The translations under genes were made by a program, and so were the position numbers. Shown one piece after another: positions 34,716-45,700 of a stretch of DNA of 64,000 nucleotides. The notes under the pieces were generated by a model. It saw only the letters and a program-made list of their open reading frames with translations. It was not told the DNA's origin and did no database searches. Numbering within the stretch: the stretch's first letter is position 1; every line of letters begins with the position of its first letter. The DNA is from an uncultured Candidatus Saccharibacteria bacterium (GTDB lineage Bacteria; Patescibacteriota; Minisyncoccia; Ryanbacterales; HO2-45-13): the NCBI GenBank assembly GCA_964354975.1, contig CAYHBS010000001.1, forward strand, positions 56,282 to 120,281, written 5' to 3'.

Positions 34716-35389
34716 TCTTCATCAGCTGATTTGTCTGCTTCTTCCTCTTCTTTCGGCGGCTTCTCAACTGCGTCCTGAATTGCGTCAAAATCGATTGCCG
34801 TATCCCCAGAGGTTTCTGCTTGCAACTGCTCTTCCGTCTTCGGAGGTTCTACGAGTGCCACCATGTGTGACTCATCTGCGGTTGCCTTCACTCCTTTTGG
34901 CATTGCAATGCTTCCGATCGTGATGTGATCCGTAAATGTGGCGAGTGATGAAATATCTACTTCAATTTCGTGAGGAAGTGCGTCCGGGAGTGCCTCGATT
35001 TCAATCTCGTGCATCGTTTTGACGAGTACCCCGCCGAGCACTTTTTCTGCGGGAGCTTCGCCAACGAACTTCAGATGTACGTGCACACGAATGGGCTTTG
35101 AAATATCCACTTCATAAAAATCTACGTGGCGCGGCGTATGCTTTACCGGATCACGATCAATACCGTGAATAAGCACCTTTCGCTTGGTTGATCCCTCCAC
35201 CGCGAGCTCGATGAGTGTAGACTCTCCGGCCTCGTGGAATACGCGAGAAAATTCCTTCAATGAAATACTGATGGGAAGAGCGGTTTTGAGTTTTGGGCCA
35301 TACACAATAGCAGGCACGTTCCCTGCCGATCTTACTTCGGAAAGTTGCTTCCCGAATGTACTACGCGTTGTTGCCTGAATGGCTAGCAT
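34712..35389 (-). CDS. rplY: 50S ribosomal protein L25 / general stress protein Ctc
   Basis: 225 aa; L25 beta-barrel N-domain plus acidic C-terminal tail. Confidence 0.85.
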   Translation of the reverse strand: MLAIQATTRSTFGKQLSEVRSAGNVPAIVYGPKLKTALPISISLKEFSRVFHEAGESTLIELAVEGSTKRKVLIHGIDRDPVKHTPRHVDFYEVDISKPIRVHVHLKFVGEAPAEKVLGGVLVKTMHEIEIEALPDALPHEIEVDISSLATFTDHITIGSIAMPKGVKATADESHMVALVEPPKTEEQLQAETSGDTAIDFDAIQDAVEKPPKEEEEADKSADEE

Positions 35390-35457
35390 ATCGTTATAAA
35401 TAGTTGTGACGAGTCAATAAAATATGTATGACTATTCTACTGAAATACACAGGAAAA

Positions 35458-36444
35458 TCAAGCCTCCGGTGGGTATGGCACCTGCTGGGGCGCCGGTGAG
35501 CCCGAAAGAACAGCGATAATGTTGCGCGCAGCCATGAGAGCCATTTCCGCTCGCGCCTCCACGGTTGCAGATGCCGTATGTGGCGTTACCACTACATTTT
35601 GAAGGGCCCCAAGTCCCTCGGTGAGCACGGGCTCCCGCTCAAACACGTCAAGCGCCGCGCCACGAATCGTGCCCGCAGAAAGAGCACGCACAAGTGCATG
35701 TTCATCAATCACTGGTCCGCGAGACGTGTTTACGAGATATGCGGTACGCTTCATGAGTGCAAATTGCGTGTCAGAAAACAAATGTGTGGTAGTGGGAAGT
35801 AACGGCACGTGGATACTTACGAGATCGCACACAGGTAACAACTCCGCCAAATTTTTATAAAAGGTCGCGTTCACTGACTTTTCAAACTCCGCATTTTGTT
35901 GCACATCGAAGTACACCACATGCATACCAAATCCATGATGTAAAATTTCTGCGACGCGAGAACCGATGCGCCCAAGACCTACAATGCCCACGGTTTTCCC
36001 GCGAACCGCACTCCCAAGTAATAATTCTGGTGCCCATGCGGTGTATGATCCTGCGCGCATGAATGCATCGGACTCCACAATACGACGCATGATCGCAAGT
36101 GCAAGGGTAACGGTGTGCTCCGCAACCGCGTCGGTGAGCACTCCAGGAGTATTTGAGACAATCTTCCCCAGTTTCTTCGCTGCTTTCATATCAATATTGT
36201 CATATCCGACCGCATAGTTTGCATAAATTTTTACTTGCGGCCCTGCCGCTTCCATGAGTTCAGCGGTAATTTTGTCTGTAAGTAAACAAAGAACCGCATC
36301 ATATTGCTTTGCAGTGAGTGCAGAAGTTAATTCATCAAGGGAGAGCACGCGATCTTCCACGCTACTATCAACCCGGTGACCCGCCGCGATGAGCGCATCA
36401 ACGCCTGCTGCGGGAATTTTTCTTGTGATGTATATGTTTGCCAT
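35458..36444 (-). CDS. D-isomer-specific 2-hydroxyacid dehydrogenase (glyoxylate reductase / phosphoglycerate dehydrogenase family)
   Basis: 328 aa; NAD-binding GIVGLGRIGSRVA and a catalytic His/Glu/Arg pattern. Confidence 0.85.
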   Translation of the reverse strand: MANIYITRKIPAAGVDALIAAGHRVDSSVEDRVLSLDELTSALTAKQYDAVLCLLTDKITAELMEAAGPQVKIYANYAVGYDNIDMKAAKKLGKIVSNTPGVLTDAVAEHTVTLALAIMRRIVESDAFMRAGSYTAWAPELLLGSAVRGKTVGIVGLGRIGSRVAEILHHGFGMHVVYFDVQQNAEFEKSVNATFYKNLAELLPVCDLVSIHVPLLPTTTHLFSDTQFALMKRTAYLVNTSRGPVIDEHALVRALSAGTIRGAALDVFEREPVLTEGLGALQNVVVTPHTASATVEARAEMALMAARNIIAVLSGSPAPQQVPYPPEA

Positions 36445-36449
36445 ACATG

Positions 36450-37328
36450 TTAAAGAACTGCGCGGCCGCTCGCGCCAAAGACAGTAATAATATGTGCGAC
36501 TTCTTCTTTCACTGCGTCTCGCACCGACTTCTCGTATTTATATGAAGCGACTTCGTCGGGATGTTCTTTGAGCGATCGCTCGAGAGCGCTTCGATAAATC
36601 ACGCGCACATTTGTGCTCACATGAATATTACTAATACCCGCCGCAATCGCATCGGTAAATTGTTTATCAGAAAGACCCGATCCACCGTGGAGCACGAGAC
36701 AGATATCTTCCGGCACGGCCGCGCGAATATTCGCGATGCGTTTATTATCAATCTTCTTTTTATTAGCAGCAATCCCATGATGTTCTCCTACGGCAATGGC
36801 AAGACGGTGAACGCCCGTTGCCTCGATAAATGACTGTGCTTCTTCCGGTGTGGTGAGTGTTTTTTCAGGCACCTCAATGACTTCGTTATAAATTTTCGAA
36901 GAGTCGGTGACAATACTTCCAATTTCACCTTCCACACTGACGTGTTCTCCGATCAGTTTACTCATTATAACAACCTCTTTTACCCCTGCGACATTTTCAT
37001 CATACGAAAGTTTTGAAAGATCGATCGCCAGTGAGCGATATCCGTGATCGATCGCGCCGCGTGCACGCTCCACGCTGTGATAATGATCTGCATTGAGGAA
37101 TAACGGCACATGATACGTTTCCGCGACCGATCGGACAAGCGGAGTAGTGAGCGCTTCTCCAAAAAAATCCGCCTCGCTCTCCGACGTACCAATCATGATC
37201 GGTGCGGAAAGCTCACGCGCAGCCTCCGCAATTGCTTGCAGTTGCAGAAAATTTGATACATTTATATGCGGCACCGCCCAGTGCTCCACCGAGGCGGCGC
37301 GTAAATATTCTGATAACGTCATACCCAC
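36450..37328 (-). CDS. fba: Class II fructose/tagatose-bisphosphate aldolase
   Basis: 292 aa; LNADHYHSVE, LVLHGGSG, GEHHGIAANK-like zinc-ligand motifs. Confidence 0.85.
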   Translation of the reverse strand: MGMTLSEYLRAASVEHWAVPHINVSNFLQLQAIAEAARELSAPIMIGTSESEADFFGEALTTPLVRSVAETYHVPLFLNADHYHSVERARGAIDHGYRSLAIDLSKLSYDENVAGVKEVVIMSKLIGEHVSVEGEIGSIVTDSSKIYNEVIEVPEKTLTTPEEAQSFIEATGVHRLAIAVGEHHGIAANKKKIDNKRIANIRAAVPEDICLVLHGGSGLSDKQFTDAIAAGISNIHVSTNVRVIYRSALERSLKEHPDEVASYKYEKSVRDAVKEEVAHIITVFGASGRAVL

Positions 37329-37366
37329 AGCATATCACATTGCACGGGAGTGAAGTATGGCACACT

Positions 37367-38359
37367 ATGTGTATGCAGCATATTGAATTTCTCTCAATGG
37401 GCGATATCACTACTGATGCATTTATTCGATTAGTAGACGCTGATACGCATATGAATCACGGAACCCAGGAGCTCTGTATGCGCTTTGGTGATAAAATCCC
37501 ATATGAATCTGTGGATATTGTGCGCGCCGTTGGAAATAGCGGCAATGCGGCCGTCGCAGCGGCGCGGCTAGGGCTTCATGCTGCGTTCGTAACGAATGTT
37601 GGCGCAGACGAGAATGGAAAAGAGTGTATTGATGAGCTAAAAAAAAATAATGTTGCCGTTGATTTTGTCCGTACCCATCATGGCAAGGCGACAAATTATC
37701 ATTATGTACTCTGGTACCAATCAGAGCGCACCATACTCATTAAACATGAGAAATATGATTATTTTTTACCAGATATTGGAAGTCCGAAGTTAATCTATTT
37801 GTCATCTCTTGGTGAAGCGTCACGTGTATTTCACAAGGAGATGGCTACATATCTTTTATCCCATCCGGATGTGCTTCTCGCGTTTCAACCGGGGACGTTC
37901 CAAATGAAGATGGGATATGAAGAACTGAAAGATATTTATGCTCGTACGTACATTTTTTTCTGCAATAAGGAAGAAGCACAGCGCATTCTTGGTATTACAT
38001 CTCCCGATATTATCAGTCTCCTAAAAGCAATGCATGAACGTGGGCCGCGTATTGTCTGCATCACCGACGGCCCACGTGGAGCACATGCGTACGACGGCGA
38101 GCATATCTGGCAAATGCCCATGTACCCCGACCCAGCACCTCCACTTGAACGCACTGGTGCGGGAGATGCTTTTTCTGCAACGGTTGCGGCGGCACTCATA
38201 AAAGGAAAATCACTTCCGGACGCACTCGCGTGGGGCCCGATTAATTCAATGTCGGTGGTGCAACGTATCGGCGCGCAAGCGGGACTGCTCTCGGAAGCCG
38301 CGCTACAGCAATACCTCACAAACGCCCCTGCAGACTACACAGCAAAAGAAATCAAATAA
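37367..38359 (+). CDS. PfkB-family carbohydrate kinase (ribokinase-like)
   Basis: ORF 37202..38359 trimmed to MCMQHIEF... to avoid overlap with fba; GG motif (VGNSGNAAVAAARLG) and the C-terminal GAGDAF signature. Confidence 0.8.
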   Translation: MCMQHIEFLSMGDITTDAFIRLVDADTHMNHGTQELCMRFGDKIPYESVDIVRAVGNSGNAAVAAARLGLHAAFVTNVGADENGKECIDELKKNNVAVDFVRTHHGKATNYHYVLWYQSERTILIKHEKYDYFLPDIGSPKLIYLSSLGEASRVFHKEMATYLLSHPDVLLAFQPGTFQMKMGYEELKDIYARTYIFFCNKEEAQRILGITSPDIISLLKAMHERGPRIVCITDGPRGAHAYDGEHIWQMPMYPDPAPPLERTGAGDAFSATVAAALIKGKSLPDALAWGPINSMSVVQRIGAQAGLLSEAALQQYLTNAPADYTAKEIK

Positions 38360-39358
38360 TTATTTTCGTGATACTGCGCGCTCGGCCGCGACTACAATGT
38401 GACTCACGCCCATACCGAAATGTTCAATGAGTTCTTTCGGTTCTCCTGACTCGCCAAATCGGTCTTTCACGCCAATAAATTCCATCGGCACCGGATGATT
38501 GGCCGCAAGCACTTCTGCAACTGCAGACCCAAGTCCTCCCGCGATTTGATGTTCTTCGACACTCACTACTGCGCCAGCGCGACGCGCAACGTCAACAATT
38601 GTACGTATATCTAGTGGTTTAATCGTGTGCACATTCACCACGATTGCGCGGTGTCCTTTTTTTTCAAGCTCCACTGCGGCAAGCAACGCATTATGGAGCA
38701 GTGGGCCACATCCGATGAGGGCGACATCTGCGCCCCCGGGTGATTCATAAAATATTTCTGCCTTCCCTATTTCAAATGGAGAACCTTCGGTCGTAAACAC
38801 TGGAGTTTTTTCACGGGTGAGTCGTATATATGTTGGTGATGATGTCTTCGCTGCAGCGATCGTGGCCTTGCGTGCCTCAATCATGTCACAGGGCACCAGC
38901 ACCTGCATACGCGGAAGGACGCGCGTGATTGCAATATCTTCGATCGCTTGATGCGTCGCACCGTCCGGACCCACCGATACCCCTGCGTGAGATCCTACTA
39001 TTTTAACCGGCATGTCGTTATAACAAATGGTCGTGCGCACTTGCTCCCATGATCTCCCTGGGCTAAACATTGCGTAACTTGCAATAAACGGAATCTTCCC
39101 CGCACGTGCAAGCCCCGAAGCAACCGAAGCAAGATTCTGCTCCGCAATCCCCGCTTCAATAAAGCGCTTTGGATATTTACGCGCAAAGAGCTCCATGCGC
39201 GTCGACTCCGTGAGATCCGCGCAGAGCGCAACGACGCGTTCATCATTATCGCCAGCAATTACCAGCCCCTCACCAAATCCACTACGGGTGGGCTGCTGAT
39301 CAATGGTTTGTATATCAAGCGCATGCGGCGCTAATTTTGCGGAGAGTTGAACGGGCAT
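38360..39358 (-). CDS. Transketolase, C-terminal (pyrimidine-binding + C-terminal domain) subunit
   Basis: 332 aa; FIEAGIAEQNLASVASGLA, HAGVSVGPDGATHQAIEDIA. Confidence 0.88.
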   Translation of the reverse strand: MPVQLSAKLAPHALDIQTIDQQPTRSGFGEGLVIAGDNDERVVALCADLTESTRMELFARKYPKRFIEAGIAEQNLASVASGLARAGKIPFIASYAMFSPGRSWEQVRTTICYNDMPVKIVGSHAGVSVGPDGATHQAIEDIAITRVLPRMQVLVPCDMIEARKATIAAAKTSSPTYIRLTREKTPVFTTEGSPFEIGKAEIFYESPGGADVALIGCGPLLHNALLAAVELEKKGHRAIVVNVHTIKPLDIRTIVDVARRAGAVVSVEEHQIAGGLGSAVAEVLAANHPVPMEFIGVKDRFGESGEPKELIEHFGMGVSHIVVAAERAVSRK

Positions 39359-39361
39359 GGG

Positions 39362-39514
39362 TTACCGCAACGCAATATAACTTGCTGGATCTAATGAAAC
39401 AATTTGCCCAGTAAAATCCACAGACGCACCAAGCATCATTCCGAGGATGAGCCCAAACATAAATGCACCAGAAACTGCAAATAGCATCTTAAAATGTTCT
39501 GTAATAAATAACAT
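39362..39514 (-). CDS. Possible small membrane protein (50 aa) between the transketolase halves
   Basis: C-terminal portion of ORF 39362..39688 not overlapping the tkt N subunit: MLFITEHFKMLFAVSGAFMFGLILGMMLGASVDFTGQIVSLDPASYIALR. Confidence 0.25.
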   Translation of the reverse strand: MLFITEHFKMLFAVSGAFMFGLILGMMLGASVDFTGQIVSLDPASYIALR

Positions 39515-39515
39515 A

Positions 39516-40403
39516 TTACTGGTGTTCACTGGTAATTTTCCCCTGTAACGTTCGTAGTTTGTGTAAAAATATTTTCTCTTGATCCTTTTTTGCAATTGGC
39601 GCGTCCGGCCCCTTCCCGGGGGGCACTCCATGCCACCGGTAATCAAATTCAATTTCTGGAATTCCTTTTCCTGGAATGGTGTGCGCAATAATCATTGTTG
39701 GTTTTTCATATATTGCCGCTGCTTCATCAAATGCATTCGCAATACTTTCAATATTGTGTCCGTCCACTTCAATGACGTGCCAATTGAACGCTTCATATTT
39801 TGCGCGCATTGGTTCGAGCGGCATAATATCTTCTGTCATACCATCAATCTGAATATTATTACGGTCAATAATTGCCGTAATATTTGAAAGTCGGTATTTC
39901 CCCGTAAACATCATCGCTTCCCATACTTGTCCAGCATTTTGTTCGCCGTCTCCCATGAGACAGTAAAAACGCTCCTTTCCTCCGTCCATGCGCGCTCCAT
40001 ACGCCATCCCTGCGGTTTGTGAGAGTCCTGATCCAAGAGGGCCCGATGAGGTTTCAATACCTGGAAGCCTTTCACGATGTGGATGCCCTTGGAGACGTGT
40101 ACCAAATTTGCGTAGTGTGAGCAACTCTGCTACAGGAAAGTATCCCGCATGAGCCATTGTGGCATATTGCACAGGGCAAATATGGCCGTTTGAGAGAATA
40201 ACGCGATCGCGACCTTCCATCTCGGGATGTTGAGGATCGTGACGTAATGTATGAAAATAGAGCACCGTAAAAATATCGGTCATACCAAGGGGACCTGCGG
40301 TGTGTCCTGACCCCGCCGCGACCAACATTTCAACAATAGACTGACGGATTTTCCCGGCAGTTTCTTCTAGTTGTTTGATGTTGTCATCGTGGATGTGTCC
40401 CAT
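39516..40403 (-). CDS. Transketolase, N-terminal (TPP-binding) subunit
   Basis: 295 aa; GSGHTAGPLGMTDI, GDGEQNAGQVWEA motifs. Confidence 0.88.
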   Translation of the reverse strand: MGHIHDDNIKQLEETAGKIRQSIVEMLVAAGSGHTAGPLGMTDIFTVLYFHTLRHDPQHPEMEGRDRVILSNGHICPVQYATMAHAGYFPVAELLTLRKFGTRLQGHPHRERLPGIETSSGPLGSGLSQTAGMAYGARMDGGKERFYCLMGDGEQNAGQVWEAMMFTGKYRLSNITAIIDRNNIQIDGMTEDIMPLEPMRAKYEAFNWHVIEVDGHNIESIANAFDEAAAIYEKPTMIIAHTIPGKGIPEIEFDYRWHGVPPGKGPDAPIAKKDQEKIFLHKLRTLQGKITSEHQ

Positions 40404-41485
40404 GTAGGAAGTGGTTGAAAATATGCATTAAAATTAAGTTCGTTGATGGTGTACGCCTTGATCTGCCTGTCAATAATAGTAAGTTCGAGCAGTAATCCTT
40501 TTGATGTATCCTCGGAAAATCGTTGATCGAACACAAAGTTTCCAAGACTGTATGCAATAAGAGCTCCACGATATTCCTCTACTTCTTGTCCGACATGAGG
40601 ATGGTGCCCGATAACTGCGTCAGCTCCTGCGTCAACCGCAACATACGCAAGCGCGCGCTGACGCGCATTTGCGGTTGTCTGATATTCCTCACCAAAGTGG
40701 AAGGATACGAGTAGTATATCAACTTGTGCGCTTGCCTGCCGGACGATCCTGTCGATATCCTCTTCGCTCGCAATATTGATCCCAGGGCGCTCGCTCGTTG
40801 CCTTGAGCCAGTTCGGCCCAACATCGGAAAATCCAATAAAGCCTATCCGTGTTCCTCCAATGTCCCGTACCACAGGACGCTCCGCCGCGTCCGCGGTCAT
40901 TCCTGCGCCCGTAAGCCCCACGCGCGATCCAGTAAAACGGCGTAGCGTATCGGTAAACGCATCGATATTCCAATCTCCCACGTGGTTGTTTGCAAATGAG
41001 AAAACATCAAACCCCACATCTTCGAGTACGCGTACATTTTCAATTGGCATGCGAAAGGAATAGATGCTCCCAACATTATTACCCATATCAGATACCGGCC
41101 CTTCAAGATTACCAAACGCAATGTCCGCAGGCGAGATAATGTTACGTATGTGTGCAAATGGGAAATAAGGATCTCCGTCGCCCGCTTTCCCCACAATAAA
41201 CTTTACACCGCGATCAAGCATAATGTCCCCCACCGCAATAACACGGATGGAATCATTTTGTGTACGCGCCGCGTCACTTCCCGTCGACGCAACTGCGGCC
41301 ACAAATGGCCGCAATGCTTCCCTACGCTCGCTTCCTTGATAAGAAACCACATCGGCAAACGAGGGTATATATGACACATCGCTGACAAAAAAAGCGAGCG
41401 CATACCCGATTCCTACTATGAACAATGCCCCAATAAATGTGCGGGGTGAATTACGAGCGTGCGAATGACGCGATAAGCGAGTCAT
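40367..41485 (-). CDS. CapA/PGA_cap-family metallophosphatase-like protein (poly-gamma-glutamate capsule synthesis-like)
   Basis: ORF 40367..41578; AVGDIMLDRG, HHPHVGQEVE, LGNFVFDQ motifs; start uncertain (trimmed to Met at 41485; still overlaps rpe by 35 nt). Confidence 0.7.
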   Translation of the reverse strand: MTRLSRHSHARNSPRTFIGALFIVGIGYALAFFVSDVSYIPSFADVVSYQGSERREALRPFVAAVASTGSDAARTQNDSIRVIAVGDIMLDRGVKFIVGKAGDGDPYFPFAHIRNIISPADIAFGNLEGPVSDMGNNVGSIYSFRMPIENVRVLEDVGFDVFSFANNHVGDWNIDAFTDTLRRFTGSRVGLTGAGMTADAAERPVVRDIGGTRIGFIGFSDVGPNWLKATSERPGINIASEEDIDRIVRQASAQVDILLVSFHFGEEYQTTANARQRALAYVAVDAGADAVIGHHPHVGQEVEEYRGALIAYSLGNFVFDQRFSEDTSKGLLLELTIIDRQIKAYTINELNFNAYFQPLPTWDTSTMTTSNN

Positions 41486-42119
41486 ATTGTGTACGAATAG
41501 ATGATCCAGAGAGTAAGTACGATGCGGAGACGAATCGAGACGCTCCATGTGATGCGCAGGCATGTATAGTGTCCGCATTCACGCCACCGTCAATAGCAAT
41601 GGGAAGCGTGGGATAGAGACGCAGAGACTGTGTGATTTTTTTAGTGGTTCCGTTGTCCATCTGCTGTCCGGATGAACCCGGGGACACCGCGAGGAGCTGC
41701 ATCACATCGAGGAGCCTTGCATCGTCCCCCAGCACCTCAAGGCGAGTGCTCGGAGCGAGACTGAATCCAAACTCCTTCCCGATGCGCTTTGCGGACGCAG
41801 CAATGCTTCGTGATTTCTCGCACCCCTCAAATTGCACAATATATCTCCCGACGTGCGGTCGCAACCAATACGAAAATCGTGTGTCTATGTTGTCCAACAT
41901 TAAATGTAGTTCAATCTGAAATACAGACGTAAGATTGTCGAGATCTTTTGGATCGTGCCAAAGCACATTTGGCGTCAGCGTTCCATCTGCAACATCGATA
42001 TGCACGTGCGTGGGTGCGTGCGGATGATCTTTCAGCTCTCGCTCTACGCGGCGCACTACGTTCAGCACTTCACTAAATGTGCTCGCGTTAACGGCGGGGA
42101 TAATTTGTACCGATTTCAT
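41451..42119 (-). CDS. rpe: Ribulose-phosphate 3-epimerase
   Basis: 222 aa; HIDVADGTLTPNV and AIDGGVN motifs. Confidence 0.85.
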   Translation of the reverse strand: MKSVQIIPAVNASTFSEVLNVVRRVERELKDHPHAPTHVHIDVADGTLTPNVLWHDPKDLDNLTSVFQIELHLMLDNIDTRFSYWLRPHVGRYIVQFEGCEKSRSIAASAKRIGKEFGFSLAPSTRLEVLGDDARLLDVMQLLAVSPGSSGQQMDNGTTKKITQSLRLYPTLPIAIDGGVNADTIHACASHGASRFVSASYLLSGSSIRTQYDSLIASFARS

Positions 42120-42583
42120 GCGCGAGATTGGTGCAATGAAATTTTTTTAATGCGCCGGACATGCCGCGCATCACGAGAAAATGGAGTGCGCAACCATATG
42201 CGCACCGCGTCAAGCGCTTCAGATTCTTTAAGAAATCTTGCACCGAGTGAAAGAACGTTTGCATCATTATGTTCTCGTGAGAGACGAAGGATATCTATAC
42301 TCCCTCCATAATATACTGTGGCACGAATGCGGTTATATTTATTCGCGACAATCGCTTCTCCTTGTCCTGATCCACCAAGCACAACCCCCATTGCCGCTGC
42401 GGAGGCGTCAAGATCGTTCTGCAGTCCGACCATGCACGCGCCTACTATATCTGGATAATCATCCTCACGGTTGAGTTCGTGCGCGCCATAATCGAGACAC
42501 TCGTGACCTTCAGCGATCAGATGAGTTTTTAAATATTCCTTTAGCACGAACCCCGCGTGGTCCGATGCAATGTGAATACGCAT
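42116..42583 (-). CDS. rpiB: Ribose-5-phosphate isomerase B (RpiB/LacAB family)
   Basis: ORF trimmed to MRIHIASDHAGFVLKEYL... Confidence 0.85.
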   Translation of the reverse strand: MRIHIASDHAGFVLKEYLKTHLIAEGHECLDYGAHELNREDDYPDIVGACMVGLQNDLDASAAAMGVVLGGSGQGEAIVANKYNRIRATVYYGGSIDILRLSREHNDANVLSLGARFLKESEALDAVRIWLRTPFSRDARHVRRIKKISLHQSRA

Positions 42584-42623
42584 AGCACTATGATGCCACA
42601 CACGGTGAAGTAAAACAAAAAAA

Positions 42624-42644
42624 CACCCCCGCTACGCGGGGGTG
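42624..42644 (-). terminator. Rho-independent terminator for the giant gene (cacccccgc tac gcgggggtg followed by T7 on minus strand)
   Basis: seen in sequence. Confidence 0.75.
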
Positions 42645-42709
42645 CTTACCCACACACGCCAGCCTGCCCGATGGTTGGCGGGCGTGTGGGCACGCAGCGC
42701 TTTCGTATC

Positions 42710-45700
42710 TTACTGCGCGAGTATTAACTGTAACTGACGCTGGAGTTCGAGTAACCGTTCACGAAGCGACTCAATCTGTGTGGGAGTAGAGGAGCTCGTA
42801 AGTCCGGGAGGTGGAGCACCGGAGCCTGCACATTGACCAACGGTGGCGCCACTTGCAAGTGCGGCTCTCGTACGCGGTCCCACTCCCCCATGTCCGGTGG
42901 TGGTGGGGTCTCCGCTACATACGCCAAGGCGTTCACATTGGTACCGTTTGAGTGCACGCTCGGTGAGTGCGCCAAAGTAGTCAGATTCCTCGCCGGGTGC
43001 TCCGGGACCGGAGGAAGCGACGGTATGTCCAATCTTGTTCAGGTACTGTTGGAGCGAGTGTACATCAGCCCCAAATTCGCCAAAGACGAGCCAGCGCGTG
43101 ATTGTGATACCGGGTGTGGTGACACTGCAGACTCCGGGATACGCAGATCCCGGTCCTTCAGTAATAATTTCTGATCCATCACTGTTGTAGTTTGCAGAAG
43201 GGCGCGTTGCGACTGTGGGGAGAGAAACATTTCCATGCACATCAAGCGCAAAGATGGCGTAAAAGGTATTGGGCACTGTAACTGCTCCGTCCACAATGGC
43301 TGTCATGGGACCTTCATATATAATCGCGGATCCATCAGCCCCGGAGGCACTCGTCGGGGCGTTTCCTGCTTTCCGCAAAATCCGCACACGCGAGAAATCA
43401 GAATCAGAAGGATTTACCCAGTGGAGTGTCGCAGTGCCATCGCCGTTCTGAACCGCGCTAAATGCAGTCGGTGAGAGTGGAGCGATATAGTCGGAGGTTC
43501 CTCCTCCACTCCCAACACTTCCTCCTCCGACAGTACCTGTGATGGTGCCGGGAAGAATGCGATATGAGATGAATTCTGGGTCAGAAAAAGTTCCTTCATC
43601 ATCGTATGTGAATACCGTGTAGTAGTACGCCGTGCCCACAACTGCAGAGGTGTCCGTATAGGTGGTTCCGGTGATGTCTGCGAGCGCAGTAGCGCGCGAT
43701 GGAGTGAGGATGAAATCGGTGTCGCTTCGCATCACAATGGTTCCTGCATAAAATTCATACTCCGTTGGATTATTCCAGCGTAGAATAATGGAACCACTTG
43801 AAGCGGTGAGCTCCGTGACCTTCGGGGATTTCGGGAGACGTGCAACCGTGTACGTACCTATAATGCTGGAGGTGCGCGTATTTCCAGCGGCATCTCTCGA
43901 TGATACTTGGACGTAATAGATGGTCTTGCGGTCGAGGTTATGAATGGTAACGGTGTGGGACGTCACATACCTCGGATCTTCTTCAGTGAGCTCCCCGAGA
44001 TCTCCGCTGGTACCATATGCCACTCGAGAGGTTGCGGGTTCATTCGTCGTCCATGTGACCACTAGCTGGTCGCCGCGCGAGGAGTCTGCCAAGAGATTCG
44101 AAATGGTAGGCGCGGTGGTATCAGTGATGACGGGGTCTGCTTCACTGTCGTCCGTGGCACTCGTGCATCCGGGGTCGTTGGAGGTAGCAGTGCCGTAGTC
44201 AATCTTGCCGTCTCCGTCATTGTCGATGCCATCCGCACACGCCACCGGGATCACGATATTCACAACAACACTGTCCGTGGACGCGACTGCGCCGGCTTGA
44301 TAGCACGTAAGAGCGTAGGTGGTAGCTTGGATGAGCGTAGGAGTGGTTTGCGTACCAGCAGTCCCCGTCCATGCAGTTCCGGAGGGGTTTGACACCACGG
44401 TGCAAGAACCTGCGTTTGTAGACGACCACTGAATAGCGGCCGTGGTACCGGTGTTGAGTGAAATAGAACCTCCGGTGTATGTGCCGCTGTTTGAGGGACG
44501 CGCCTTGATATCAGCAGTGCTCACGGGATTGATCTCACTGGTGTCGGTGGCACTTGTGCATCCAAAGTCTGCCGGATAGTCGATCTTGCCGTCACTGTCA
44601 TTGTCGAGACCGTCTGCGCAGACTGCGAGCGGCGCGTTGTATTCGTCGTTGTCGGTGCTCGAGGAGCATCCGAGATCAGCGAGATCAATCTTCCCGTCTC
44701 CGTCATTGTCGAGACCGTCGGAGCAGGTATATACAGGAGGTGGTGCGTTGTATTCATCGGTGTCGGTGAGACTCGTGCATCCGGGGTCGTTGTTTGTTCC
44801 GGTGCCAAAGTCAATCTTGGTGTCTCCGTCATTGTCGAGGCCGTCGGAGCAGGCGGGAGGTGGTGCGGTGACAATGGTGAGGCCATCTTGTATGGACCAA
44901 CCGTCAGCGCCAGATGCAAAATCAATATTCCACCACCAAAATGGAGTCCCACTGAAGACGGCGTACTTGGGTCCTGCAATTACCGTTCCATTTTGATTGT
45001 CGAGTTGATCCCCGATATCCGTACCCCCGGGGATGTCGCGCACGTTCAGGAATGTTGTTGTCGTGACTTTCACGGCGTTCCCAATCGCAAACTTCGTACT
45101 CACGGGGGTGGGATTGGATTCATCGTTGTCGGTTGCGAGCACACATCCATAGTCCGCCATGTCTACTTTTCCATCGCCGTCATCATCGATGCTGTTGGCG
45201 CAGAGTGCCGCTACAGGAGGAGGCGTCGTCACACTTACATTACAGCTCGCGCTCGTACTGTTTGACGTGACCGAAACACTCTTAGTGCCGGTGGTGCTGT
45301 AGGTAGTCGAGAATGTTGCTCCCGTGCCTGTGGAAGGAGTGCCTCCGGTCGCAGTCCAGGAGTAGGTGCCGTTTCCATTTGCGGCGGTAAATGAGGCGGA
45401 GGCGCTGGTGTATACCGACTGGGTTGTGGGACTGCAGGTCACTGGGGATATAGGAGATGGTGCGTTGTATTCATCATTGTCGGTGAGACTCGTGCATCCC
45501 GGGTCATTGCTCGCCCCTGTACCGTAGTCGATCTTGGTGTCTCCGTCATTGTCGAGGCCGTCGGAGCAGGCGGCTATGGGTGCGTTGTATTCATCCGTAT
45601 CAGTTGAAGATGAGCAACCAGGATCTGTCGGATAGTCTGTTTTCCCGTCGCCGTCATTGTCGATGCCGTCTGCGCAGACGGCAGGGGGAGGAGGAGTGGT

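Noticed and set aside
37202-37366. N-terminal extension of the PfkB kinase ORF
   Set aside because: It overlaps the start of fba on the opposite strand and has no kinase homology.
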